Positions 1-14,020 of a stretch of DNA of 64,000 nt are shown in pieces. This DNA comes from Camelus ferus (taxonomy: Eukaryota). The translations under genes were made by a program, and so were the position numbers. The stretch spans positions 50,408,001 to 50,472,000 of the forward strand of contig NC_045707.1 in assembly GCF_009834535.1 (NCBI RefSeq). The letters run 5' to 3'. The notes beneath the pieces are model-generated. The model saw only the letters and a list, made by a program, of their open reading frames with translations. It searched no databases and was not told the DNA's origin. The number at the start of each line of letters is the position of its first letter. Position 1 is the stretch's first letter.

Positions 1-390
1 GACAGGAGTGGGCACTGGGGGTGGGTTGGAAGGACAGTTGGGAGACTGATAATCATTATTTTGATTTAAGTGTAGGATTCTTTCTATGTTAAAATTATTT
101 GTAGTCATCAGAAAATAATACACTCTATGGATTTCTCACAAATGGGTGAATTCAAAGGGCTCTGATTTAAGAATCAGAACGCAGGCTTAATTGACTCTTT
201 CATCTATCAACATTAAAATCAAGGCAAGGGTCTTAACCACAGCAGTGTTTGTTGTTTTATTGTGTGTTTAAATAGGACTTTTTTGTGTGTGAATTTCTTA
301 ACTGGCTTTCAAATAGCTGACATGTATTTACCCAAACCAGGAAATAAGCAAAAAGATGTTTGTTTTTATTAATATGAGGGGCAGTATTAC

Positions 391-515
391 TTCATTCATT
401 TCTTCTTTAAACATTTATTTGGCATCTATCTGCCACATACCAAGCACTATGCTAGATGCTGGGAATACAACAGTGAGAAAAAATAGACTCAGTTCCTACC
501 TCATGAGGTTATTAG
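391..515 (-). mobile_element. L2 LINE 3' end fragment
   Basis: ttcattcatt...atttatt...caagcactatgctagatgctgggaatacaacagtg is the typical antisense L2 tail. Confidence 0.7.
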
Positions 516-625
516 AGTACCCCTGAAGATGTAATAAATTAGAATAGATGCAAATTCAACATTTAGCAAATAACAAACATAATAATTTTACAGATGATTA
601 TTTAGTGACATCATTCCCTCTACTT

Positions 626-1294
626 TTTAAAAAAAAATTTTTAATTGAATGATAGTCAGTTTACAATGTGTCAATTTCTGGTATACAGCATAATGTTTCA
701 GTCATACATATGCATATACATGTTTGTTTTCATGTTCTTTTTCAATACAGGTTACTATTAGATATTAACTATAGTTCCCTGTGCTATACAGAAGAAAATT
801 GTTTATCTATTTTATTTGTAGTAGTTAGTATTTGCAAATCTTGAACTCCTAATTTATCCCTTTCCACCCCTCTTCTCCCTGTAACCACAAGTTTGTTTAC
901 TAGGTCTGTGAGTCTGTTTCTGTTTTGTAGATAAGTTCATTTGTGTCTTCTTTTTTTTTTAATTAGATTCCACATATGAGTGATATCATATGGTATTTCT
1001 CTTTCTCTTTCTGGCTTTCTTCACTTAGAATGATAATCTTCAGGTCCATCCTGCAAATGACATTATTTTATTCCTTTTTATGGCTGAGTAGTATTTCACT
1101 GAATAAATACACCACAACTTCTTTATCCAGTCATCTGTGATGGACATTTAGGTAGCTTCCATGTCTTGGCTATTGTACATAGTGCTTTTATGAACATTGG
1201 GGTGCATGTATCTTTTTGAATGAGAGTTCCCTCGAAATATATGCCCAGGAGCAGGACGGCTGGATCATAGGGTAAATCTATTTTTAGTTTTTTG
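626..1294 (-). mobile_element. 5'-truncated L1 (end of ORF2 plus 3' UTR), young artiodactyl/camelid-type subfamily
   Basis: Antisense L1 3' UTR (atagtcagtttacaatgtgtcaatttctgg...ttccacatatgagtgatatcatatggtattt...ggacatttagg). Degenerate TSD cattccctctacttt (612-626) / catttcctctacctt (1295-1309). Confidence 0.9.
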
Positions 1295-1914
1295 CATTTC
1301 CTCTACCTTAAGACTACAATTTTTTCTACCTTATTACAATTCAAGATCTTTTTTCCCCTGCCAACGTCTTCTTGAATTAAGAAAATAACTCCACTTTTTG
1401 GAGAAAATGGAAATCTTTGAAATATTTTTCTGTTTGGAAATATATTTCCCATCATTTGTTTTTATCTCAAAACTCTTCTATTATGATTTAAGTCATTCTT
1501 TCTTCCAACCTACTTTTCTGGCCTTATCTTTCACTATACCCCACTTCCTCCTCAGTGCTCTAGTCAAAACCAGCAGCTTCTGTGTGACTAAGATGCCCCA
1601 CGCTTTCCATCTCCCTGTCTCTGCTCACCATGTCTTTGCCCCAGAAGCCCTTCCTCCAACATCTCCACCTACCTAATCCTACTCAGTTCCAAGCGCCAGC
1701 TTCTAGGCCAGCTCTTTCATGAAGATGTGTCTCCTGAAGAGACAGTTAAGTTTACTGTTCTCTGGACAACTAGAGCACCTTTTAATTCTTTTTGGATTTG
1801 TAGCAATAATGCATGGCTACTTGTGTATACTTGTGTATATTTCTCTTCTTTTTCTATTGTAATGTCGGCTTACAGAAAGCAGGATTAATACCTTTTATTA
1901 CATTGCTTATAAAA

Positions 1915-2080
1915 ACTTTTTATTTATTTAGATACTATGAAATTATAATTATATGTAATATAATTATAATATTATTTATAATTATAATAATATATACTAA
2001 TTATAATATGATACATAATTATAATAATATAAGTACAATTATATATTATATTTTTATTTTTAATAAATAAGTTTTATTAC
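1915..2080. repeat. AT-rich low-complexity tract
   Basis: Almost pure A/T, degenerate (TAA/TAT)n. Confidence 0.9.
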
Positions 2081-2566
2081 ATCAATAATCCATGAAGGCA
2101 TAGCACAAATATTTCTTGTGTCAAAGTTCTAGGAGGACTTTCCATGTGTCAGGTGCTGTGCAAGGCTCTGGGGATATAGACACCCTCACTTCCCATCCTT
2201 GTGATGAGCATTAAACACATGGATTCTGTAAGTATGGTATTTGTGAGATAAAAAATTAATGCCCAAAGTATGGCCCAATCCTTGACCTTTTATGTTGGAG
2301 TGGAAGCTCCAGGGGCCATGCAGAACAATTGTTTTAGTTTAAATGCTCTGACAATGCTTATTTTCAGTGGCATCATATTCTTTACCTTGCATCATGAGAA
2401 ATTTAGTTAGGTCAACACAGGATCACCAAGACAGAAGAACTGGGCAACTCTTCAAACTAGCAGCTGCATTTGTAATCAGGCCCAGACACTATTTGTAATA
2501 GCGTCTCCTATTTCCCAGGCTGCCTGACTGCCTTCTTCAGAGGATCAAATTGGGAAAGTATATGCT

Positions 2567-2617
2567 CCTTTGGTGTTAGACTTGCCCTTGGTGTTAGACT
2601 TGCCCTTAGTGTTAGAC
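2567..2617. repeat. 18-bp tandem repeat, about 2.7 copies
   Basis: Unit ttggtgttagacttgccc repeated; the third copy is partial. Confidence 0.9.
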
Positions 2618-2729
2618 ACAGCTTCACCCATAACTAGAGGGGACGCTTTGGTGGGGTGCGAACTGCAACTATAAAATAAGAATAGTGATACCCTCCTCAG
2701 TGAAGCTGAGTAAAATGTAAATCCTAGAA

Positions 2730-2960
2730 TACTGTCCATAAACTGTGGTCTGGTCTGTAGGCCAAATCTGGCTTGCTGTTCATAAAGTTTTATTAGAACA
2801 CAGGGACACCCATTTATTATGTATTATCTATGTGTCTGCATAACATCAGCAGAGCTGAATAGTCACTGTCAAGACAGTAGGGCCCATAAAACCAAAAATA
2901 TTTACTATCTGGTCTTTTGTAGACAACGTCCTTTTGTAGACAACATTTGCGGATCCCTGG
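2730..2960. mobile_element. MER58A-like hAT-Charlie DNA transposon
   Basis: ggccaaatctggc...ataaagttttattagaacacag...aaaatatttactatctggtctttt...gatccctg; internal tandem duplication of cttttgtagacaac near 2913-2944. Confidence 0.8.
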
Positions 2961-3719
2961 ACCAGAACATGACACTGTACCTGGAAGATACTCAAGAAAT
3001 ATTGTCATAATTATTCTCTTTTTCACCAGACCTAATCTGGGTGAGAGTGGAAAAGAAAGAATGGAGAAGAGTTGTCAGGAGAGGGAGGAACTAGGTGGCT
3101 AATTGTCTCTTTCCATTTAATGGAAACTCAAATTGGAGTTGAACTTGTGTCTGGGACTGAAACCTAATAAAGACCTGAAGAGGTAAAAAATTTTTTTTCC
3201 TTATTGGAAACTGTCATTGGTCCAAAAACTTCTTCTTTCCTCTTGGAAAGCACTATGTGTCACAGTTGAAGTTAATAGTTCATTATTGATAAAGGCTGTC
3301 ATTGGCAGAGACCATGAAAATTTTCCACCAGAGCACAGAACTGCCATTCCAGGCAGTTTTGCTTGTGTTGGTATTGATTTCAATTAAAACAAGTAATCTG
3401 AGTCCCTGGGCTTCCTGTTGGCTGCATTCATTGCCCAGTGATGCAAATGGGAAGCCTGTTTCAAACCTACAATATCTGGTTACTCACAACAAGGCCCAGG
3501 CAGCTGGGGTATAAACAAAACCCAAGCACCAATCAATGTAGAAGGAAATGATCTTCATTTGCCCTACAAATGATGTCATCCATCTTGGGCCTGACAGTTT
3601 TCTAACAATTATTGACTGTGAGGCCAGGCAAATCTTATAAATTCATCTTATTCCTTATCAGGGCAGGCAGTCAAGCGTATTCCAAAATATTTGATTTGGT
3701 TCAATTCCTTGTGTACATA

Positions 3720-3724
<5 letters not shown>

Positions 3725-3766
<42 letters not shown>
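3725..3766. repeat. (TC)21 microsatellite
   Basis: Perfect TC run. Confidence 0.97.
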
Positions 3767-3770
<4 letters not shown>

Positions 3771-4139
3771 TCCTCTTCCATTATGTCAACCTTTGTGGGA
3801 GGAGTTTGTGTGTTTGCACGAAGCTTACATGATGGTATTCTGTATCTGAATGTTTATTCTGTGGGTGAACACTTGAATGGCTTTTGTCTTCTACCTGTTA
3901 GCTTATAATAGCCTAATCCAGTAATCAGACTCCTTCATTTCACATAATGATTCCACAATTTGTGTCAGAATGGTTCTTGGTAATAGCAAAACAGACCATG
4001 GTTTCCAAAGTTACATGGCACATGATGCCAAATGTATAGAACATGTTGTAATTTGTGATTTTGTAAATTCACATATCTGAATCATTGCTTTTCAGGCTTG
4101 TGTACTGGGTCAAGTCACCTAGCTGGAAAGTGAGCCTAA

Positions 4140-4590
4140 GTTACTGTGGAACAGATTGACTTGTTTTTTCTTCCCCAACCTGCTTTCCTTGGGATACATG
4201 GCTAGACTGTATTTCCCAGCCTCCCTTGCAGTTAGATGCAGCCTTGTGTCTTTGTGGTCAAGGAATGAGGTAGAAGTGGTATACACCTTTTTCAGGCTTA
4301 GGCCATAAAACCATCCCAAATGCAATCCTCTAACCTCTTTACCCGTCTCTTAGCGGAATAGAGAGGACTCTGAGGACTTAGAGGAGGGAGACATGGAAGG
4401 AGCCTGGGTTCCTGAATGTGAATGTGTAGCAGACCTCCCACCACCACCAACCCAGACTGCACTGTGATGAGATCCTTTGTCCCATCCTGGCCACCAACCC
4501 ACATTGTACACTCTGTGATGAGAACAAGAAGCAAACATCTATTAAGTCCCTGAGTTTTGAGGTTGTTCTAACAGTCTAGTCTGACTAGTG
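4140..4590 (+). mobile_element. MLT1I/J-like MaLR LTR
   Basis: gctagactgtatttcccagcctcccttgcagttag...ggaaggagcctgggttcctgaatg; internal duplicated ccaccaaccca...tgtgatgaga. Confidence 0.75.
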
Positions 4591-6714
4591 CACTGATGGC
4601 CATTCTTCTCTGTTACATTGCTAATTTTTATTCATCATCTTCACACATGCAATAACTTTCACAACATTATACTTTGCTGTATTTTATGGAATAGATGATA
4701 TGCTATAAAGGTGTTTGGAAATGTGAAGATGTGCGGGCGTATTCACTGAAAGTATAAAGGAGCTTCTGTCGTTTTCCTCCACAACATTTCTGTGTTGGAG
4801 GTAACTTCTTCAATGTTCAAGTAACAATAAAGGCTTGGTGTCTTAGTTTCATTTCGTAAGCAGAACTGTTTTTGGTTTTTTGGTTTTTTTTTTTTTTTTT
4901 TGGTAGAAAGCCTTATTTTTCGTGGGTGTGTCCATTACTTTATATTAATTGAACCAACTGTATATGAAATGTCAAACTTAATTATTGGGCAGGAGATGGC
5001 AAATTGTATTTTGTTTTTGTTGGAATGAGTATTTTTTTGTATTTGAGAGGGAAGTGAGTATGGTATTAAGGAGGAAAGGGGGAGGGAGTTATTCTACTGA
5101 TGGGGAATCTGAAAAGGCTTTAGTGGTACTGCGTGATTTCCCTCTGCCATGGGCTGGCATGATCCAGGTGAGGCTGCACCTTTAGCCTTGATCACAGACT
5201 GAGAAGGTTGCAGAACACAACCTCAGACCTAGGATGGACACAAACATGAGCCTGAAGCAAACAGTTATTGTCGAACCTATGAAGATGTTGGGCACATTTG
5301 TTTCTGCTGTTTAGCCCAAGCTGACTGATGTTTGGGAGCTCAAGGAGTTTCACTAACTTATCTAAGACCACAGGCTAATAAGTTGTGGAGCCAAGATTTG
5401 AATTCAGGAAGACTAATTTCAGAAACTGCATATAGCCCCTCTTGTGTAGGAGGAAGAATTTCCTGGACTTTATGTGTAGGATAGACTGGAACAGAGAGGG
5501 ACTAGAGACAAGGAAAGCACTTAGGAAGACTTAATGTGAAGTTGTAAGAATCTGGAAGAGGCTGCTTATTTAGGGACTTTGATTTACATAGAGTAGCTGC
5601 CTCATAAAGAACACTCGAAAAGGTGAATGAATGAGTTTTTCTGACTGCAGGTACTGGTAAGTGCTGCTGTCACCACCACATTCTGGGTAGTCATTTTCTT
5701 TACTGTAATTCTTGGTTTTGCCCACACATCATTGCTGGCAGAGTCACTGAGTCACAGAAGCTTCCCTGAGGATGGCCCGTTCCCCGTCCCCCAGGAATGG
5801 CTCAGCCCACACCATCCAAACAGAAGGAGGGCACTCTGTCCTTTTGCTAGATCCTCAGTCTGCATTATCACCACTCTGTATTGCCTTTTCTCATCCTTTC
5901 CGTTGCAGGTGCAGCACGGTCAGCTAAAATTGAATTCACCCTTCCTTCACGCTACTTATAACATCCCAGCAGAAAGTCCCTCTGCTATTAAGTTACCTTG
6001 CACTTTCTCTCACCTTGTCTTTTGCATTTGGTGCTAAGGATGGCATAAGGGGTTATTAAAAGTAAAAAAGAGTCCCTTTTCAGTTTCACCAATGCATTTC
6101 TTTTCTGATTTGGTGTCATTTAGACCCTGGGAACATAAGCCCACATCCCAGTCTGTACTCCCTTGCTGTCTAAATCCTCACGCTAGAAAAGCAATCAGCA
6201 AACATAAAACTCACGATTGCTCTAAGTGGGTCTAAGTAAGTCCCATATGTCACTGGCAGTTGGAAAGCATAGGGGAAATGGAAGAGAACAAAGGAAGGAA
6301 AAATGGAAGGACAAAGGGAGTGGGGTGAAGAAGAAAGAGGAAAGTGCTGAGAACCCTTACTTGTACTAAGAGCATGCATTCTTATCTTCAAGATGTCTCC
6401 CTCATACCATTTTTTTCTTACAATGTGGTAGAAGATAATGCCACTTTCTGTGGACAAAATTGGTATGATACTCTTGAAAGTAATTTTTACAGGAATGAAT
6501 AATTTTGTGAAATTTCTGGCACAGGATTGTATAACCAAGATTAAAAAAAAACATTTTTTTAAAGGTGGTTTATTGTGAAAAATCTATTTCTGGCAGGTAT
6601 TAAGCCTCTCATAATGCAGTCATCTTTTAAATGACAATAGCTGACCTCAAAAGAATATTCAGGAGGGCTGAGTGAAGTCTATGAAAGGTGTAGCTTCATT
6701 ATTAAAAACAGTGC

Positions 6715-7080
6715 GGTTCCATCAACGTTTATTGACAACCTATGCACTAAGCCCTAAGAATACAAAGATAAGAGAGACACAGCCCTACAGTGAACTGGGG
6801 ACCCATACAGTAATTCAGGAAAGACAGACGTGGTGGTGGGAATGCCAGAGGGCTTCCTGGATGATGTGAAGGATGTAGTAAGTCTTGAGTGAGTAGACAT
6901 TGGTCCCCAGAAGAAAACATTGCAATTAGAAGAAAGGAAAGGCCTCTGCGGGATTACGGATTGTCCAGAATTAATAGAGCTTAACGTGTAAGGCAGACAG
7001 TGATAGATGACGAAGGCAAAGAAGTTAAGTAGGAACCCCTTGCTACTTTTACATGGCAATTAGAGTATTTAAGGGTTATA
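6715..7080 (-). mobile_element. L2 fragment
   Basis: tcaacgtttattgacaacctatgcactaagccctaagaatacaaagataagagagacacagccc...gagggcttcctggatgatgtg. Confidence 0.6.
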
Positions 7081-8165
7081 TTACTCCATGGAAAGTTCAC
7101 ATTCAAGAATATTTTCAGATAAAACACTCGGAGACTCACATAAGTTATCACGTGTTCAAGGGCATGTTTGATGCCATTCTAAGCATGTGGTACTTTCAAT
7201 ATTCTTACATATAAATGGCATGAGTCTTGTTCATTTAATATTTACAATGTGTGCAGTATTTGTATGTCAGAAAACACCAGAGATGTATCAGAGTAGTACG
7301 TATTTAAGTAGTAAGCACAGGGCGCAGAAACAATTTCCTATGAATTCAAAGGAAGGAGAAAACGTTTGTAGGTTGAGCGACATCCCTGTTGTTCTTCCTC
7401 CCTTTTCTATTCCTTTCTCCCCTTTCCTTTCTTTCTTTCCTTCTACACTTATGTACTGGTCTCTGTATGCTAAGAAGTTATTGTGGTTAACAGAAATAGA
7501 TGGCTATTCAACAATTTTCCCCCAAATATAATTATAGTAGTAATAAGTGTTCTCAAGAAAGCATACTCCAAAGACAGGGCATAAAAAGGGCTGAGTGGCA
7601 CCTAGAAAATCTTCCTGGAGAGTCTGTTAAACCGACACCTGAAGCACAATGAGAAGAGAGAGCAGATTCCTGAAGGAGGAGTGGGTGTGGACAGATGGTG
7701 AGAAGCAGGGGAGGACATATGAGCCTCGCTAAATGAAGTGACGAAAGACAGACAAGAAAAGTCCCAAAGGATAGCATAGGATTCGTCTGATCCAGAATGA
7801 GAGTGTCAGTTGCTACAATATTCCTTCTTCAATAAATCTCTATGAAAGCCTTTTCTGACACAATTAAAATCCATCCTTTCTTCGTATCCTACTTTTTATT
7901 TTAGTGATTGCAGTTAAGATTTACAGGGTTTCTATTTTTTTTCCTCACTTTCCTTTATCAGGTAATTAATTTAGACCCCACTCGTTGGGAACTGATTGTG
8001 ACACAAGTTAGCTCAAACACATAGATCGCAGTATACTTGGAAAGAAACACAACTGCATTGCTTTCCATCTCTTCTATATTTTATCTTTTAATTCAGATAT
8101 AACTCATACCAATTAGGAGGCTTCACTGAAGCTCCTGAAACAACTTTGGCCTTTTTAATATGGCA

Positions 8166-8179
8166 ATTTCCATGGCAAC
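8166..8179. promoter_or_regulatory. RFX X-box-like motif ATTTCCATGGCAAC
   Basis: Close match to the X-box consensus GTTNCCATGGNAAC, in sequence I do not recognise as repeat; motif only. Confidence 0.35.
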
Positions 8180-9096
8180 TGTTTCCAATTATCAGTGCAA
8201 GTGTGGTTACAAGACTGTTTCTTACTGGACGCCTAGTTGGGGCCAAGGATTTGGACATAACCTTGTTAGTATTGCTGGCAGCTGTCCAGGCACAAAATAT
8301 CTTGATGCTGGTGTTTCTCTCCTTCTATATTTAACAGATAGGCTTATTGAACTTCCCTCAGTACCCACTAGCCAGTGAGCAGGAAGCGGAATACGACAGG
8401 TCCAGGGTGAATCATGACAGCTATTCTAAGGTTGCCAGATTCTTTCCCTATTTTCCCTTGTCCAAACCCAAAACACAACTTCGTTGGGAAAAAAATCACA
8501 AAGGCAAGAAGACTGATTCAGAATTCAGAAACCTCAAGCAGGCACTCAGAGTTGATCGGGAATCCTATTAAGTTTCTCCATCACTGAGATGACGGTACCA
8601 TAGCATCTCCTTTTTCCTCAAACCTCCCACGCATCCTCCTCCTACTGATGACCCAGACTCATACTTCATTGAGAAAACAGAAGTCAGTGAAAATGAATTC
8701 ATTCATCTTCCCACCACGAAACCTGCCAACTTGGTGCATCTGCATCCCGATTCTCCTTCCTCCACAATGAAGGAAGTGCTCCTCCTCCACCAAGGAGGGA
8801 TATGTTTCCACTTTTGCTCTAGATTCCGTTACTTCTTGTGTTATCAAAGACTTGGCTCCTCGAGTTATTCCTACTTCCCCTCAGCAGTAACATCTCACTG
8901 TTCATTTAATCACCCCCTTTATCATACAGGCATGCTGCAGTATTTCCCTAAGACTTTTTTCCCCCGCATAACCTATACATACTGTGTCAGTTCCTCCCTT
9001 ATTTTTCTGTTCTCCTTTGTAACCAAATTCCAAATATATAACCCAACAAATTGCTTCTGCCTCCTGACCTTTCTTCTACTCTTCAACCCAGTCCAG

Positions 9097-9262
9097 TGTG
9101 TGGCTTCTTTCACTTAGCATGTTTGAAGATTCATCTACACTGTAGCACATTTTAATGCTTCATCCTCTTTGTGGCTAGATAATATTTCACTGTATGTATG
9201 TACCATAATTTATCCCTTCATCACTGATGGACATTTGGGTTATTGCTACCTTTTGGCTATTT
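9097..9262 (-). mobile_element. Old L1M internal fragment
   Basis: tggcttctttcacttagcatgtttgaagattcatc...tgatggacatttgggttattgctaccttttggctatt. Confidence 0.8.
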
Positions 9263-9544
9263 TGAAAAGTTTCAGATCCCTTCTTGATCTACTTTCTCCT
9301 CACTTTCCAATCCAGTCCATCAGGAAATCCAGCTTATTTATGCCCAGACTCTATCTTAATCCATTTCCTTCCCACCATGCCTACTTCTGCCCTCCTATTT
9401 CAGGCCTTCAGTATTTCTATTCTATGTTACTAAATACACTATCCCAATGTGTCTGCCTGCTTCCACTCTATCATGTTCTCCATTCTTTGTCCACCCATCA
9501 GCAGGAGCAATAACATTTAAAAAAATGAAAATCATTTTAGATAT

Positions 9545-9876
9545 TGTCTTAGTCAGTTTGAGCTGCTATACCAAAGCACCATAGATTGGGTGACTTATAA
9601 ACAATAGAAATTTATTTCTCATAGTATCGGAGGACCGAAGTCCAAGTTTAGGGTGCCGAGTTTCTCGTGAGAAACTCTGTTCTGGGTCACACACTGAGAT
9701 ATTCTCACTGTGTACTCACCCCAGAAAGTCCCTTCTATAAGAGCACTAATCCCACTCATGAGGGCTGCTTATGACCTAATTACCTCCCAAAGGAGCCACT
9801 ACCTAATACCATCACATTGAGAATTAGGATTTCCACATATGAATTTGGGGGAGACACAAATACTCAGTCCATCGTA
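9545..9876 (-). mobile_element. MLT1A/MLT1A0 MaLR solo LTR
   Basis: tgtcttagtcagtttgagctgctata...ctaataccatcacattg...catatgaatttgggggagacacaaatactcagtccat. Confidence 0.9.
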
Positions 9877-9930
9877 TGTATGTATGTATGTATGTATGTA
9901 TGTATGTATGTATGTGTATATATATATATG
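9875..9930. repeat. (TATG)n / (TA)n microsatellite
   Basis: Direct. Confidence 0.95.
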
Positions 9931-11499
9931 CATATTACATACATAACTAACTTTTACAGCATACTTATTATGTCTTAGCTGCTGTTCTGTTTCCTATGAA
10001 ATAATTCATTTAAACCTCAAAACAGTGGAGTAGATACTATTGTTATTGCTCTTGGCAGATGAGCAAACAAGGCAATTCGCTCAAGGTCTCCCAGCTAATA
10101 CATGGTTGAGCCATGATTTGAGCTTCAGTAAGTCTGTCTCATTAGCCTCTCCTCTGATTGTTACACTCAATTGTCTAAATCACGTCATGTCTTCCTCCTT
10201 CTGAAAGCTGTTCAATGGTCTCCTATTCTACTAACAACATGAGTCATGACCTAAAGGCCTTGTATGAGCTGGTCCTTGACTATTTTTCCATCCTCATCTT
10301 GCCACTCTCCCCATTACTCACTCTTCTTGGTGACTTCTTCCCTCAGGCTCTTCAACACCCTGTTTCCTCCTGCCTTTGGATCTACGCACATCCTCTTCCC
10401 TCAGCTGAAAACATTCATCCCTCATTCCATCCTTCAGGTCTCAGCTTAAATGACAACTTCTGCAGGTGCTTACTTCTGCAATAAGTACCCTTCCCTGTGA
10501 TTATTCTCTCTCATTTTTTTTAAATGCTCAAAGCTACTATTTCAATTTGTAATTATGTTTTTTTTCGTTTTTGCTTGTTAAAACTCTAGAATATGACCCT
10601 CTTTAGGTCAGGACTAGGTTTTTATTTATATGTTTGCCCTTGTCATAATTATTATACCCCCTGAATTTTTCACAGTCCCTGGTGCAGGTTGGATTAATGA
10701 ATGAGTGACTTCAATTCTGCATACTATGGAGGGAAAAAATGAATTGAACTACCTAGATTTTTATTTTGGTCTTTGGTTAGCTTTTTACTCCTTCCCTCTG
10801 CCTTCTCACCACCCCGCTCAGTGGAGAGAAGAAAAAGAAACTGCCCTCAGTTCCAGATGTTGCTAAATAATTGTCAAGTTTATTGCTCTGGGAAGGCATT
10901 GGTTGAATTCCTCACTTGATCCCAGGGAAGATTAAGCAGAACTTGTTCAAACAAAATACAGCCTAGCAACATCTGGTCTCTTTGCGGTGTGGTTTAAAGT
11001 GCTGGCTGGTTGGTGGCTCCTTGTTTCCCCTCCATGTCTCAGCGTTTTTTTTTTTTTTTTTTTTTTTAAAGGAATAACACTTGGAATTATTAGAGCAGAC
11101 ACCTGGCACAATGGTCAGGCAGTACAGCATTACCTTATTATCAGCCCATCATGGAGATGAAAATAACACCATGCCACAGTGTGACAATTGTAAGGCTGCA
11201 AGAAGCAAGACAATACCCAGCCTGTGATGACAACACACATTCTGCCAACACTACAGAAAATGAGTCCGCAAATTGCCTACTCCAAGCTTTTCCACATGAG
11301 TCTGTTCCCAAATACTCGCCTCAATTCTGAGAGAATGCCTCTAGGAAGATGAAGAGGGAGAGCTCTGAGAAGCATTGTGGTATGTAGCTTTCTGCTACAG
11401 ATCGATCTTAAAATTATACTGCTGCTGTCCCTTAGGATAATCAGGAAAACAGAGGGCTCAGAAGTCATGACAGCTGTCTTTCATTGACTGCTAGAGTAT

Positions 11500-11680
11500 T
11501 TACAGGCAATCTTAACCATCTTGCAAAGTAGGAATTACTGTTTTTTCCTTCCTGTCAGATAAGGAAACTGAAGATTCAAGACATTAGCCAATTTGTTCTT
11601 TGCGATTTGTCTAGTAAGTGGAAAAGCGAGAATTCTAATCCATATCTGAATGACTATAAAGCCACAGTGATGCCTAGATG
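11500..11680 (-). mobile_element. MIR SINE
   Basis: cagataaggaaactgaagattcaag...agtaagtggaaaagc core. Confidence 0.65.
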
Positions 11681-13829
11681 CCGCACTGCTTTCAGGATTA
11701 AAAACTATTAATTATGAATAACTTAAATACTAAATGTGTATGTTTGTAAAAGTTAAACCTCAAAAAACAGGATACACTGCATATCATTAGCAATAGTCTC
11801 TTGTGTCTTTAAAACATTTGACAGTTTGGCTGTTTTGATCACAATATTAATTGTGCGTATTTATTGAGGGCCTCCTCTGTCCCAGGTGCAGCGCTTCTTT
11901 AAAAACCTGAGAGGGATACTACGGTTATCTTCATCCTACAGAAGAGATAGCTGAGGTTGAAGAGGTCAATTAGCTCAACCAACTATAAAGCGGCAGAGGA
12001 TGGAGCGTTAACTCCCACCTAAAACCATGCTCATAACCATCATGTTAACTGGCTTTCCATGCATGAACTGTGATCATGCAGCTTTCCACCTGCTCCTTGA
12101 ATTGAAGCAGATGTTATCTGTAGATTTTGGCAGAGTCAACACTGATGGTTCTGACTTCTCGTTACAATACCAAGAACTAATTATACATCTTCCATAGAGC
12201 CACTGCAGTGGCACGGACAAGATGAAGGCAGTGCGATTCTGGACAATTTACCACAGTAATGGAGTATCTACTGGGCGTGATGCCTTACACAAGGAGCAGT
12301 CCATTGGCAAAGAGAAAAGATGTGCGAATGATGGACTCTATTCCTAAGCAGTTTAATGAGAACACATTTTAAGTGTGAAAGACCTGGTAAATAATTAAAT
12401 AGCAAGAATTTAATTTCAAAGGAGTTGTAAGTACTGGTTCACTGTGTAAAGGTCTACTGAGTGCAAAGAAAACTACTCGAGGAGCTGGCACATGAGTTTT
12501 GATGAAGTGTCTGAAAATTCTGAGATACAGATTACTAGAGACGGAAGAAAAGTTGGAGAGGAAGCCAAGTGTAAATAAAAGCACAGATGCAGGATGTAGC
12601 AACTTGGTTGGCAAGTGATGGGCATGACTAGAACCGGAATCTGTGACAGAGCCAGCGGCCGGGAGAGCAGGTTTTGGACCAGCTGGCATGACCTCAGCGT
12701 GTTCAGACAAACTCTGTTCTTTCAATGACCCCAGGCATTGTTCAGGCCATCTTGTTTGTCACTATCTGTCTTTGTATCATTCCTCAGACTTTCTGTAGGT
12801 CTTAAGCATGAAACAATTTCCTTCTCTAGTCTCATAGAACTGACTTATACATAATCTACAGCCTTCATTGCCAGCCACTACTATCTCCCAGGTATGCCTT
12901 CCCAGGTTCAAAGGAGCCTATGCATAAAAAATTTGCTACATTTTCCCACTGATGGAAATATCACATCATATCAGTCAGACACTGTGCATCGGCACTTAAG
13001 CAATCAACAAGCTTTTACTGAATTCCTTGATGTGCAGGGTATGGGTCAAGGCCCTATTCCTAAAAATTAGGTGTTTCATAAAAAGCATGCACAATGATTC
13101 AGAAATTCCTTTTTCTTTGACATGAAAAGAGCTGAGTGAAATCTTTAGGCTTTGTTAAAAATGATAGAACTTGGAACTTTTCAGACAGACAGTGAATGTG
13201 GGTGTTAAGTGGGTTTTCAATGGTATTTGGTTCATCAAATTTATCTTGCATTATTATTTTTGTCTTTAAAAGTAGAATATTTGGAATGGGGGAACACTGC
13301 CTTTATTTTTAAGAATTTTTTCAGTTTCCTGAAAATAGAAATAATGAAGGAGAGAAAAGAACAAACGGTAAAGCTTTGGATAAGTCAAGGCATGACTACT
13401 TTCTAATGTCAAAACAGCTAAGTATATTTTCTGTTATGATGTGCAGGGGGACAATCAGCCTAGCAAGCATGTGTAACATTTTCAGATTCAAATCCAGCTG
13501 TACAAACTACTATTGTAACAAGTAGTTCACCCTTAAACTACCCCTGCCATCTCGATCACTGACTCCCATCAATTTGTGCCATGATTAAGAGCAAGCTTCT
13601 GCCTGGGTTCAAATCCCAGCTCTGCTATTCACTAAGATATCTCATAGGGTTGTTACGAGGATTGAATAAATCAATATGCATAAAAGCTGCACAATGTAAG
13701 CACTATATGTTAACTGATAGCACTCATAAAATAAAAATAAAGGAAAATGAACTTGTTAGTCAGTTCTGTGACTATAATAACACTAACATTTTCTTCGTAA
13801 TACTGATACTATTTGAGATGAAAGTTACA

Positions 13830-14020
13830 ATCTGTCAAGCATTGTGCCTATTTTACAATTTATTTAATCCTCACAAGGAAGCCTTCCATGAAGTGGTGTC
13901 ATTACTGTTCCCCTGATTTTACAGTTGGGGAGTCAAGTGATTTGCCTAGGATCACACAGGTAGAACTTAGTAGAGCAGAATTTGACACTGAGGCAGTATG
14001 ATTTCAGAACTTGCTTTTAG
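13830..14020 (-). mobile_element. MIR SINE
   Basis: atttaatcctcacaag...ttttacagttgggga...tgatttgcctaggatcacacagg. Confidence 0.7.

Larger units (their letters stand above)
8560..10710 (+). mobile_element. Fragmented L2, interrupted by an L1 piece, MLT1A, a microsatellite and a MIR
   Basis: tacttcattgagaaaacagaag...ctcttcaacccagtccagtgtg...tccaatccagtccatcaggaaatcc...aaggccttgtatgagctggtcc...taatgaatgagtga. Confidence 0.7.

Noticed and set aside
2567..2617. CRISPR-like or coding repeat (SNTKGK x3 in the ORF track)
   Set aside because: Head-to-tail 18-bp tandem with no spacers in mammalian DNA; simple slippage explains it.
6170..6538. 122-aa minus-strand ORF with an internal GTAAGG donor
   Set aside because: No convincing acceptor or start context and no recognisable homology.
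11045..11067. Long poly(T) as a retro-insertion remnant
   Set aside because: No flanking direct repeat or attached element, unlike 42975-43012.
12197..12346. Short plus-strand open frame after a possible acceptor (SHCSGTDKMKAVRFW...)
   Set aside because: Weak acceptor and unrecognised peptide.
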